The position numbers and the translations under genes were made by a program. DNA of 37,180 bases, from the NCBI GenBank assembly GCA_009886115.1, contig VFJJ01000141.1:1-37180 (forward strand), written 5' to 3'. The notes beneath the pieces are model-generated. The model searched no databases. It was given only the letters and a program-made list of their open reading frames with translations, and was not told the DNA's origin. This document shows, piece by piece, positions 9,928 through 17,948 of the stretch. How positions within the stretch are numbered: the stretch's first letter is position 1; the number at the start of each line of letters is the position of its first letter. The stretch is from Actinomycetota bacterium (GTDB lineage: Bacteria; Actinomycetota; Acidimicrobiia; IMCC26256; VFJJ01).

Positions 9928-11232
9928 CTATCCCCGGTCGCTCCCGGAGCTCGGGGAGTGCGACGACGGGATCTCGTCGAAGATGGCCAAGCGGTCCGTA
10001 CGCCAGGCGAGATACGCGCAGTACACGAGCAGGAGCGTCCCACCCGCCGCGATCGTCGGCCGGAGCCCGACGAGGTCACCGACGCGGCCGGAGAGCAACG
10101 CGCCGATCGGCATGCCCCCCAAGAGGGCCATGAGATACATCGAGACGGCCCGGCCGCGGTACTCCTCGTCGACGTGGACCTGCATCGTGGTGTTGAGCGT
10201 GACCCCGTTGAGCACATGCGCCGACCCCATCAAGAAGAACGCCAGGAGCCCGACCCAGTACCTCGTCGTGACCACGCACAGCACCGTGGCCGATCCGTAC
10301 AGCACGAGACCCGTGAACGAGACCCGTGAACGACGTCGTCGATCGCCGGTGACGACCAGCACCAAGATCCCCGAGATCGACCCGAGACCGAAGACCGTCA
10401 CCAGGAGGCCCAGCGCGCTGGGACCGACGTCGTAGATCTCCTCTGCGATCCCGGCTGCGAGTTGCACCACCGACTGGGCCAGCAACGCCGTGACGAAGGC
10501 CGTGATCACGATCAGGCGCATGGCGGGGCGCTGCCACACGTAGTGCACCCCGGAGAGGAACTGGCCCAGGAACGACTCGCCGGTCGGCGGAGGCGGCACG
10601 CCGCCGACCCGCAGCGTCATCAGCGCCGCGATCACGGCAACGAACGAGAGCGCGTTCACTGCGAACGTGGTCGTCGGGCCCCAGGTGTCGAGCACCAGCC
10701 CGGCCGCAGCGGGGCCCAGGGCCCGCGCCCCCGTGAAGCCCAGTGAGTTGAGGCGCAGCGCCGACACGAGGTGCTCTCGCGGCACGAGGAGCACCACGAT
10801 CGACTGGGCCGCCGAGTACTGGAAGCCGGCGCCAATCCCCGCGATCGCGAGCAGCGCGACGATCCGCCAGGGAGTGAGCTCACCCACGGCGGCGAGCACC
10901 CACATGCCCACGGCCGAGCCCGCCTGGATCACGTTGGCCCACAGCAGCACGAGACGACGCGACAGGCGGTCGGTCATGATCCCGGCCGCCGGGCCGACGA
11001 GCAGCGACGGCACCAACGACGCGAACACCGACGCCCCGACCCAGGTGTTCGACCTCGTCAGCCGGTAGAGGATGAACGGGACGCCGATGCCCTGCATGAA
11101 GGTACCGGCGTTCGACACCAACGTCGCCAGCCAGTACGTCGTGAAGTTCCGGTCGGTGAGGATGGCGCGCACTCCCGCCCGGCTCCTGAGTCGGAGCTCG
11201 TCGTCATCGACCTCGGGGGTCAGCGGATCCAA
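9928..11232 (-). CDS. MFS transporter (MFS_3-like)
   Basis: About 12 hydrophobic segments, RNFTTYW..LVSNAGTFMQ, motif A GIMTDRLSRR, EEYRGRAVS. Start uncertain (TTG 11232 after GGAG, or GTG 11172). Confidence 0.9.
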   Translation of the reverse strand: MDPLTPEVDDDELRLRSRAGVRAILTDRNFTTYWLATLVSNAGTFMQGIGVPFILYRLTRSNTWVGASVFASLVPSLLVGPAAGIMTDRLSRRLVLLWANVIQAGSAVGMWVLAAVGELTPWRIVALLAIAGIGAGFQYSAAQSIVVLLVPREHLVSALRLNSLGFTGARALGPAAAGLVLDTWGPTTTFAVNALSFVAVIAALMTLRVGGVPPPPTGESFLGQFLSGVHYVWQRPAMRLIVITAFVTALLAQSVVQLAAGIAEEIYDVGPSALGLLVTVFGLGSISGILVLVVTGDRRRRSRVSFTGLVLYGSATVLCVVTTRYWVGLLAFFLMGSAHVLNGVTLNTTMQVHVDEEYRGRAVSMYLMALLGGMPIGALLSGRVGDLVGLRPTIAAGGTLLLVYCAYLAWRTDRLAIFDEIPSSHSPSSGSDRG

Positions 11233-11267
11233 GCGGCCGCCGTCTCCGAGCGCGCCCCGATCGGCAC

Positions 11268-12104
11268 CTACGCGGTGACCCGACAGTTGTTGCCCGCGGC
11301 GACGTCGATGGTGGCTCCGGTGACGAACCGGGCCTCTTCGGAGCACAGGAACAGCACGGCGTTCGAGATGTCCTCGGGCTCCACCAAGGCAACCGGGAGG
11401 ACGTGGAGGCTCTGGAGGGCCGGGAGCACGTCGTCGAGCGTGGCCGTCGTGCCCTCGCCGCTGAAGAACGAGAACAGATGGTCGTTGATCACCATCGGCG
11501 TGCGGACGTTGCCCGGCGCCACCGCGTTCACGTTGATGCCGAACGGGGCGAGGTCGATGGCCGCCGACTTCACCATCCCGATGACGCCCCACTTCGACGC
11601 GCAGTAGTGCACCTGGTTGGCGCAGCCCTGACGGCCCAGCATCGACGATGTCGCGACGATGCGGCCGAACCCCTGGCGCTTCATGTGGGGGCTCACCGCC
11701 CTCAACGTGTGGAAGACACCGGTGAGGTTCGTGGCGATCATCTCGTCCCACATCTCGGGCGCCATCGTGTCGACGGGTGCCATGCTCGAGATCCCGGCGT
11801 TCGCCATCGCGAAGTCGACCGAGCCGAGATCGGCGACAACCCGGCCGACGAACGCGTCGAGGGCGCCGAAGTCGCGGGTGTCGACCTGGGCGCTCATGCA
11901 GCGCCGGTCCTCCTGCTCCACGAGCCGCTGAGTCTCGGCCAGATCGTCGATGGTGCCGAGCGGGTACCCCACGCTCGCGATCGGAGCCGCGATGTCGCAG
12001 ATCGCGATGTCGGCGCCCTCGCGCGCGAACGCCAGCGCGTGCGAACGACCCTGCCCACGCGCGCCGCCGGTGATGAACGCGACTCTCCCGTCGAACCTAC
12101 CCAC
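11268..12104 (-). CDS. Mycofactocin-coupled-type SDR family oxidoreductase
   Basis: VAFITGGARGQGRSHA, the characteristic insertion DIAAPIASVGYPLGTIDDLAET, NAGI, HYCASKWG (YxxxK), VEPEDISNAVLFL. GTG start at 12104. Confidence 0.88.
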   Translation of the reverse strand: MGRFDGRVAFITGGARGQGRSHALAFAREGADIAICDIAAPIASVGYPLGTIDDLAETQRLVEQEDRRCMSAQVDTRDFGALDAFVGRVVADLGSVDFAMANAGISSMAPVDTMAPEMWDEMIATNLTGVFHTLRAVSPHMKRQGFGRIVATSSMLGRQGCANQVHYCASKWGVIGMVKSAAIDLAPFGINVNAVAPGNVRTPMVINDHLFSFFSGEGTTATLDDVLPALQSLHVLPVALVEPEDISNAVLFLCSEEARFVTGATIDVAAGNNCRVTA

Positions 12105-12146
12105 TGGCCATCCCCTCGTCGGATCCCGAACGGCGGTGAGTCTCCC

Positions 12147-12719
12147 ATGCCGGAGCCGCCGGCCCCCTCCCGAGCCCCAGCTACGCTCGGGCCAGTGGGC
12201 TCCGCGCAGAATCTGTCGCAGAATCGGCGCGTCGCGCCATCGCGCAGCACGGCCGTTCTCAGGGGCCTCGGGTTGCTCGGGTTGCTCGGGTTGCTCGGGT
12301 TGGTCGGCGCATGCACCGGCGACGACGGCTCGGACGGCGCCGCTCCGCCCGCCTCGGCCCCGGCCACGGCCGTCGTTGCTCCTGCGAACACCGCGTCGGC
12401 CGCCGAGAGCTCGACGTCGGTCACGGAGGCGGGCTCCAGCATCCAGGTCCTCGACCCGGCCGCTGCGGCGAGCGCCCTGTACACAGCCTGGCGGTCGGGC
12501 GACCGTGACATCGCCCTGCTCGTGGCCGAGGCCGACATCGTCGAGCACCTGTTCGCGATCACCCCGTCCGAGTGGGATTTCGAAGCCTGCGCCGCTGCGC
12601 CCGCACCCGGGGTCACCGTCTGCACCTTCAGCTCCGCGCTGGGCCCTGTCACCCTGACCGTCGCCGCGTCGACCAGCATCGCCCTCAAGGTCGTCGACCT
12701 CGAAGTCCCGACGGGCTGA
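12147..12719 (+). CDS. Putative lipoprotein
   Basis: Hydrophobic stretch LGLLGLLGLLGLVGA followed by lipobox Cys (LVGA-C), an Ala/Thr/Ser linker and a small domain with two Cys. Start uncertain. Confidence 0.65.
   Translation: MPEPPAPSRAPATLGPVGSAQNLSQNRRVAPSRSTAVLRGLGLLGLLGLLGLVGACTGDDGSDGAAPPASAPATAVVAPANTASAAESSTSVTEAGSSIQVLDPAAAASALYTAWRSGDRDIALLVAEADIVEHLFAITPSEWDFEACAAAPAPGVTVCTFSSALGPVTLTVAASTSIALKVVDLEVPTG
12267..12302. repeat. 9-bp tandem repeat CTCGGGTTG x4 within the lipoprotein signal peptide
   Basis: Read directly; encodes (LGL)4. Confidence 0.95.
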
Positions 12720-12740
12720 GGGGCCGACCTCGGCGGGCGC

Positions 12741-13499
12741 TCAGCCCTCGCCGAGACTGTCGTCGGCAGCCCAGTCGTCGGGCCCGCAGTGCGATCCGGG
12801 AGCCGGCGTCATGAGTTCCTCGCGCCAACGGACCGCCCACTCCCGAGCCGTCCGCTGCCACCGACCCAGGCGCTCGTCGCCGGAGACGCCGGCCGCGTCC
12901 TCGGAAAGCAATCCCCGGGCCACGTCATGGGCCTTGGCCATGCGCACGTGGTGGGCCGGGTCGGTGGCCCACACCGTGCACACCTCGTAGTCGTTCATCA
13001 TCACCTCGTACAGGCCCACCAGCCGGTGGCCGTGCTCGGCCATGAGCGGGACGCGCTGTTCACGCACGGCGGCCAGGTACTCGAGCGCCGTCCCCGGCCG
13101 CACCTCGGTCAGCTCGTGGACGAACAGGGTGCCCCGCACACCGTTGCCGGCCAGCGACGCCATGTTCGGACAGCCCGGTGCACCGGCCAGGAGACGGTCG
13201 AAGCCCCCGGTCCGGTACGTGTAGGCCGTCTCCCACCAGCGTTCGAGATGGACGTTGGTGCGCCGCTTGAGGCCCAACCGATCGACCTTGCCGTACCAGC
13301 CGTCCCAACCCCCGGGGATCTCCCACACGTTCACGACCTGGGGCCACCGCCCGGTGATGCCCATCGTGTACCACGTGCCCAGAAGCTCGAAGTCGACCTT
13401 CTCGTGGCCGGCCTGGGCCAGGGTGTGATTCATGTACTCCCACTGGTGCTGGCCCACGATGTCGATGTACTCGTGCAGGAACAGATCACGCTCGCTCAT
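12741..13499 (-). CDS. NIPSNAP-like protein (two dimeric alpha-beta barrel repeats)
   Basis: LFLHEYIDI...LLGTWYTMG.TGRWPQVVNVWE, and a second repeat LFVHELTEVRPG...LVGLYEV..NDYEVCTVW. ATG 13499 preceded by GAGGAG. Confidence 0.75.
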   Translation of the reverse strand: MSERDLFLHEYIDIVGQHQWEYMNHTLAQAGHEKVDFELLGTWYTMGITGRWPQVVNVWEIPGGWDGWYGKVDRLGLKRRTNVHLERWWETAYTYRTGGFDRLLAGAPGCPNMASLAGNGVRGTLFVHELTEVRPGTALEYLAAVREQRVPLMAEHGHRLVGLYEVMMNDYEVCTVWATDPAHHVRMAKAHDVARGLLSEDAAGVSGDERLGRWQRTAREWAVRWREELMTPAPGSHCGPDDWAADDSLGEG

Positions 13500-13508
13500 C
13501 GCCAGCTC

Positions 13509-13553
13509 CTCAGGCTCCTCGGGCTGCTCGGGCTGCTCGGGCAGCTCAGGCAT
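13509..13553. repeat. Degenerate 9-bp tandem repeat (CTCRGGCWN) x5 upstream of the NIPSNAP-like gene
   Basis: ctcaggctc ctcgggctg ctcgggctg ctcgggcag ctcaggcat. Confidence 0.85.
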
Positions 13554-13655
13554 CGATGATCGGGAACGCTCCACGGTTCCGGAACAGGCGGTCGTCCGTG
13601 TCTCACCCACAGCACCACCTCCAGCAACATCTCCTGCATGACTCCTCGTCACGTC

Positions 13656-13905
13656 TCAGTCATGTCCGGCGAACCCCGTCACTGATGCCCCTCTCGCACC
13701 CGAGGCGAGGAGCTCGGTCAGGCGGTCCTCTCCCAAGTCTGCCAGCGCCGCCGACCAGACACGCTGGTAGATCTCTCCGTCGGCCAGGACGAGCTCGCCA
13801 CCGGTCGCCTCGAGCAGACCCGTGGCGCGACCCAGGAGGACGGCCGCCTCGGTATGGGCCTCACGGGCGGCGGCGATGCCGGCCATCAGCGGGGCCACGT
13901 CCACC
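13656..13905 (-). pseudogene. 3' fragment resembling the C-terminal helical/TPR end of AfsR/LuxR-type ATP-binding regulators
   Basis: LMAGIAAAREAHTEAAVLLGRATGLLEATGGELVLADGEIYQRVWSAALADLGEDRLTELLASG resembles the usual AAARG..ERAA.LLGAA..LR...G...ALGE..F C-terminus. No N-terminal part is present. Confidence 0.5.
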
Positions 13906-14328
13906 AATGACGGGTCGACCAGTCCCACTTCCACCACCATCGCCCCGTCCGCCACCACTGCCACTTCCACCACCTCGTCAGAGTTCAGTGATGACAGCGA
14001 GGTGACCGCGGACTTCTGCCTCGCCCTGTCGGCCGACCTCGACGCGGTCTCGGCCATCGTCGACTCCTACGAGAGCGCGGGATCGACCACGGACGCGCTC
14101 GTCGGGGACGCTCAGGACGCCAACAAGGCCTTGCGCGATGCGACACCCGACGCGCTCACCGACGAGGCCAGCGCCGTCTACAACCCGATCGGCGAGCTCC
14201 TCGACGGTCTCGCCTCCGGCGAGTCGGCCAACATCGAGAACGAGTACGCCGACATGCTCGGCTCGCCCGATTTCACCGGCCCCCTCACCAACCTCGTCAC
14301 GCAGTGCGGCCAAACCTCGAACGACTGA
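13897..14328 (+). pseudogene. 5'-truncated secreted/lipoprotein-like gene (Thr/Ser linker + helical two-Cys domain)
   Basis: TSPTSTTIAPSATTATSTTSS linker then ADFCLAL...TPDALTDE...TQC with coding-like codon usage. No signal peptide or lipobox, and an in-frame TAG at 13768. Confidence 0.5.
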
Positions 14329-14752
14329 CCCCTGAGCTGGGCGTGAGCTCAGTCGTGGCGGCGCCAGCATCACCGGTGACGAACACGCATCGTGGTCCGT
14401 GCGTCGCTCGCGCCCGTTGCGCTGCGAGGGCCGACATCTCGGGCTGACCCTCGGCGAGACGGTCCGTCAAGATGCCGGGTCGGGACGGACCGATCTTCAG
14501 GCCCTGTCGAAGACCGGAGCACGGCAGCCCGAGCACGGTGGGAGCCTGCCAGCAAGATCGCTGACCAGGGCACATGGTGGCCGTGCCCGACATCCCTCGT
14601 GAGCTGCAACGGTCGTGCCGACTGGTCGCGCACGGTGGCACCGCACGGACGTTGCCCGGACGCTCGGCACGTCGCGTTGGCCGTAGAGGTTGACGCCCGT
14701 CGCCACGGAGATCGACCACGGCCACGTGATCAGCCCCTGTTGAGCCCCGCGG

Positions 14753-14782
14753 CTCAAGGCAGGCCGGGTACCGGGCCGATAC
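14753..14782 (+). promoter_or_regulatory. Sigma-28 (WhiG/FliA-type) promoter CTCAAG-N16-GCCGATAC
   Basis: -35 CTCAAG 14753-14758, 16-nt spacer, -10 GCCGATAC 14775-14782, 32 nt upstream of the NlpC/P60 start. An identical motif occurs at 34050-34079. Confidence 0.8.
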
Positions 14783-14814
14783 TCGCGAGAACCCAGGAAT
14801 TCACGAGGAGCTCC

Positions 14815-15558
14815 GTGTCACTGTCACCTGTCATCTCCTCCCCGGTATCGCCCGACCTCGGGTCGGTGTCGACAAACCCACCGGCCGCCGACGGTCGGAC
14901 CTTCGCCGCGCTTCTGCAGAGCGCAGCCGCGACCGACTCGGCGCTGATCTCGGCGACCGGGACGACTCCGGCGACCTCCATGACGGATCAGCTCGACGGT
15001 GTCACCACCCTCGGGGAGATGGTCGGAGGCAGCGGATGGGCGACGGGAGGAGGGCTCGGGGGTTTCGGGGACTTCGGCCTGGCAACCGCGGCCCATCCCG
15101 GCCTGAGGACAGCGGGACTCGGCGCCTCCGTGGGACCGGGGACGGGCACCCTGCTCGATGCTGCGCTCTCCCAGGTCGGCACGCCGTACGTGTTCGGCGC
15201 CGAAGCCGCCGCGACCGACCTCGACCCGGCGAGCTTCGACTGCTCCGAGCTCACCCAGTGGGCTGCGGCCCAGGCGGGCGTCGACCTTCCCGACGGCTCG
15301 TGGATCCAGTACCTCCAGGCCAAGGACTCGGGCAACGCCATCTCGGTCGATGACGCGCTGCGCACACCGGGTGCGCTCTTGTTCTCGTTCGATCAGGAGC
15401 CCACCGCCGACGGTGGCCGTCCGCCGGGGGCCCACGTGGCCATCAGCCTGGGCGACGGGCGCACGGTCGAGGCCCGCGGACGGGCCTACGGCGTCACGGT
15501 GGCCCAGGCAGGGAACCGGTTCACGCACGCTGCGCTCGTCCCCGGCTTGAGCAGCTGA
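14815..15558 (+). CDS. NlpC/P60 (C40) family cell-wall peptidase with low-complexity N-terminus
   Basis: SQVGTPYVFGA, FDCSELTQW (catalytic Cys), HVAISLGDGRTVEA (His, Glu). GAGGAG RBS before GTG 14815. Confidence 0.9.
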   Translation: MSLSPVISSPVSPDLGSVSTNPPAADGRTFAALLQSAAATDSALISATGTTPATSMTDQLDGVTTLGEMVGGSGWATGGGLGGFGDFGLATAAHPGLRTAGLGASVGPGTGTLLDAALSQVGTPYVFGAEAAATDLDPASFDCSELTQWAAAQAGVDLPDGSWIQYLQAKDSGNAISVDDALRTPGALLFSFDQEPTADGGRPPGAHVAISLGDGRTVEARGRAYGVTVAQAGNRFTHAALVPGLSS

Positions 15559-15615
15559 CGGGCTCCAGCCCGGCTCCAGCCGTCCGCTGCGGGGTGGCAT
15601 CGTTACCATCGGGGG

Positions 15616-15816
15616 GTGCTGATCGCCGGGAGCTTCTACGACAACGTCCTGCTCGAGCTGGTGACCGCGCTCGGGGCGGCGATGTTCGCTTCCCGGGTCC
15701 TCGTGTTCGCCCGGCGCCGCTCGACACCCGAGCGCGAGCCGCTCGCCCGGACGATCATCTTCCTCCTCATCGGCTTCGTCGTGATGATCGCCGGGGCCGC
15801 CGCCCTCATCGCCTGA
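15616..15816 (+). CDS. Small two-TM membrane protein
   Basis: 66 aa, two hydrophobic helices flanking ARRRSTPERE. TACCAT -10 six nt before GTG (leaderless). Confidence 0.7.
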   Translation: MLIAGSFYDNVLLELVTALGAAMFASRVLVFARRRSTPEREPLARTIIFLLIGFVVMIAGAAALIA

Positions 15817-15854
15817 GCTGTCGAGCGACCGGGCCGCGCGTCGAGGAGGTGCCG

Positions 15855-17033
15855 TCAGCAGAGGCCGAGGTCGCGCACGGCGCGCATCACAAGCTCGCGC
15901 TGGACCTCCGAGGTTCCCTCCAACAGCTCGAAGACCTGGGCGTCGCGCAACAGCCGCTCGACGGTGGCTCCTTGGGCGATGCCGTACACCCCGTGCACCG
16001 ACACGGCCTGACGGGCCACCGACAGCGCGGCGTTCGTGACGAACAGCTTGGCCGTCGCCAGCTCGGTCACGGCGTCGATGCCCTGATCCCGACACGTCGC
16101 CGCCCAGTACGTGAGCTGTCTCGACGCTTCGATGCTGGCGACCATCTCGGCGATCAGATGGTGGATGGCCTGAAAGTCGAGGATGGGATGCCCGCGTTGG
16201 AAGCGGCGCCGCGCGTAGCCGACCGCCTCCTCGAGCGCGGTCTGCATCAACCCCACGCACATCGCGCAGATCCCGACCTTGCCGATCGACATCACCTTGC
16301 GCAGCACGTCGAACGCTCGCCGACCCCGGGCCATGAGCGCGTCGGTGGGCACCCGGAGGTCGTCGAAGCGAAGCTCGTTGAGCTCGGTCCCGCGCAGGCC
16401 CATGATCGGGAGATGACTGCCGACGTGGAAGCCCGGCTGGCGGGGATCGACGAGGAAGATCGCCAGATCGTCGGCGGGCGTCTCGTCTGAGCCCGCTGAG
16501 CCCGCCGCGCCGTCCCCGGGCACCAGGGCGAACACCAGGCCCACGTCGGCGGTGATGGCGTTCGAGATCCAGGTCTTGGGCCCCGAGATGCTCCAACCGT
16601 CGCCCGTGGGACGGGCCCGTGTCTGCATCATCCCGATGTCGCTTCCCGTGTCGGGCTCGGTGAACGCCAGGAATCCCTGCGAGCGACCCGAGAACAGCTC
16701 GGGCACCCATCGGGCCTGCTGCTCGGCCGTGCCGACCTCGAGGATGGCGCCGGCGGCGATCGAGTTGACCTGGAAGTAGAGCCCCAACACCGGCAGCACG
16801 CGGGCCAGCTCCTCGTGGAGCACGGCCCAAGCGAGGAACGTCCCACCCCCACCGCCGACCTCGGCTGGGAACGGCAACCCATACGCCCCCATGGCTCCGA
16901 GATGCTCCCGGGCCTCGGCCGGGATCACCTCACCCCCGTCGATCCGCTCGACCAGGGGGCGGAAGTGACGCTCGGCGGCCATCCGGCACGAGGCGCGGAA
17001 CGCTTCCAGCTCGGGGCCCAGGGTGCTGTGCAT
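15855..17033 (-). CDS. Acyl-CoA dehydrogenase family protein
   Basis: AFTEPDTGSD, ISGPKTWISN, MGLRGT, RFQRGHPILDFQAI, VHGVYG, LLEGTSEVQR. Confidence 0.94.
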   Translation of the reverse strand: MHSTLGPELEAFRASCRMAAERHFRPLVERIDGGEVIPAEAREHLGAMGAYGLPFPAEVGGGGGTFLAWAVLHEELARVLPVLGLYFQVNSIAAGAILEVGTAEQQARWVPELFSGRSQGFLAFTEPDTGSDIGMMQTRARPTGDGWSISGPKTWISNAITADVGLVFALVPGDGAAGSAGSDETPADDLAIFLVDPRQPGFHVGSHLPIMGLRGTELNELRFDDLRVPTDALMARGRRAFDVLRKVMSIGKVGICAMCVGLMQTALEEAVGYARRRFQRGHPILDFQAIHHLIAEMVASIEASRQLTYWAATCRDQGIDAVTELATAKLFVTNAALSVARQAVSVHGVYGIAQGATVERLLRDAQVFELLEGTSEVQRELVMRAVRDLGLC

Positions 17034-17134
17034 GGCTCCAGCCTCGGCTCCCGCGCCGGCACCCGTCAATCGCCCACCTCATCACGCCGACTTCGGCGCC
17101 AGGCCGGACGGGTCGGGCGCCTACGATCCCCGCC

Positions 17135-17794
17135 GTGCGAATCCTCGTCGCGGTGTGCTCGGTGAGCTACGAGGGTCGTCTGGCCGCCCGGCTCGACCCG
17201 GCTCGCCGGCTGGTGCTGTTCAAGGCCGACGGCTCGGTGGCCGTGCACGCCGACAGCCTGGCGTACAAGCCGCTCAACTGGATGAACCCTCCCTGCACCG
17301 TGAAGGAGGACGGCGGCACGCTCGTCATCAGCAATCCCAAGGGCGAGACGCTGCGCATCGAGCTCCACGACGTGCTCCACGACCACGACGTCGACCTCGG
17401 ACCCGAGCCCGGTCTCGAGAAGGACGGCGTCGAGGCCGAGCTCCAAGTGCTCATCGCCGCCCGTGTCGCGGCGCTGCGCGACGATCTCGTGCTCGTGCGC
17501 CGCGAGTACCCCACCGACATCGGACCCGTCGATCTCCTGTGCCGCGACGGCTCAGGGCAGGCGGTGGTGGTCGAGATCAAACGGGTCGGCGAGATCGCTG
17601 GCGTCGAGCAGCTCGTGCGTTACCAGGAACGACTCGATCGCGACACCCGCTGGGCCCCGACCCGTGGGATGTTCGTCGCCACCCGGATCAAGCCCCAAGC
17701 CAAGGTCTTCGCCGAGAGCCGCGGGATCGAGTGCGTCGAGGTCGACCTCGACGAGCTGCGCGGCACCCACGTCGCCCCCCTGCGCCTGTTCTGA
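17135..17794 (+). CDS. nucS: Mismatch-specific endonuclease NucS/EndoMS
   Basis: CSVSYEGRL, KADGSVAVH, YKPLNWMNPP, GLEKDGVEAELQ, RREYPTDIGPVD, VEIKR, GVEQLVRY. Confidence 0.96.
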   Translation: MRILVAVCSVSYEGRLAARLDPARRLVLFKADGSVAVHADSLAYKPLNWMNPPCTVKEDGGTLVISNPKGETLRIELHDVLHDHDVDLGPEPGLEKDGVEAELQVLIAARVAALRDDLVLVRREYPTDIGPVDLLCRDGSGQAVVVEIKRVGEIAGVEQLVRYQERLDRDTRWAPTRGMFVATRIKPQAKVFAESRGIECVEVDLDELRGTHVAPLRLF

Positions 17795-17822
17795 CGAAGG
17801 TCCCCGCGACTGAGCAGGACCG

Positions 17823-17910
17823 TTGGCCGATTGGGCGGCGCCACGTACGACACGATCTCCGATCCGCAGTACCGCTGGGGCCTGGCCGTCATCGAGCGGA
17901 TGCCCGGGCC
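17823..17910 (+). pseudogene. Frameshifted N-terminal remnant of a Tam-like class I SAM methyltransferase
   Basis: TTG GCC GAT TGG then, after a 1-nt slip, GATYDTISDPQYRWGLAVIERMP, resembling the WDAATYDR.SDPQ..WG..VLERL N-terminus. The SAM-binding motif is missing. Confidence 0.55.
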
Positions 17911-17948
17911 GGGGCGGGCTGATCGACCGGAAAGCGGGCGCACATCGC

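Noticed and set aside
14340..14814. c-di-AMP (ydaO) or c-di-GMP riboswitch before the NlpC/P60 gene
   Set aside because: I could not find the conserved ydaO elements (GAAUC, GGGGAACC, CCCGUCAGCUAAC) or the c-di-GMP-I GGCAAA...GACGCAAA pattern. A promoter close to the start explains the gene.
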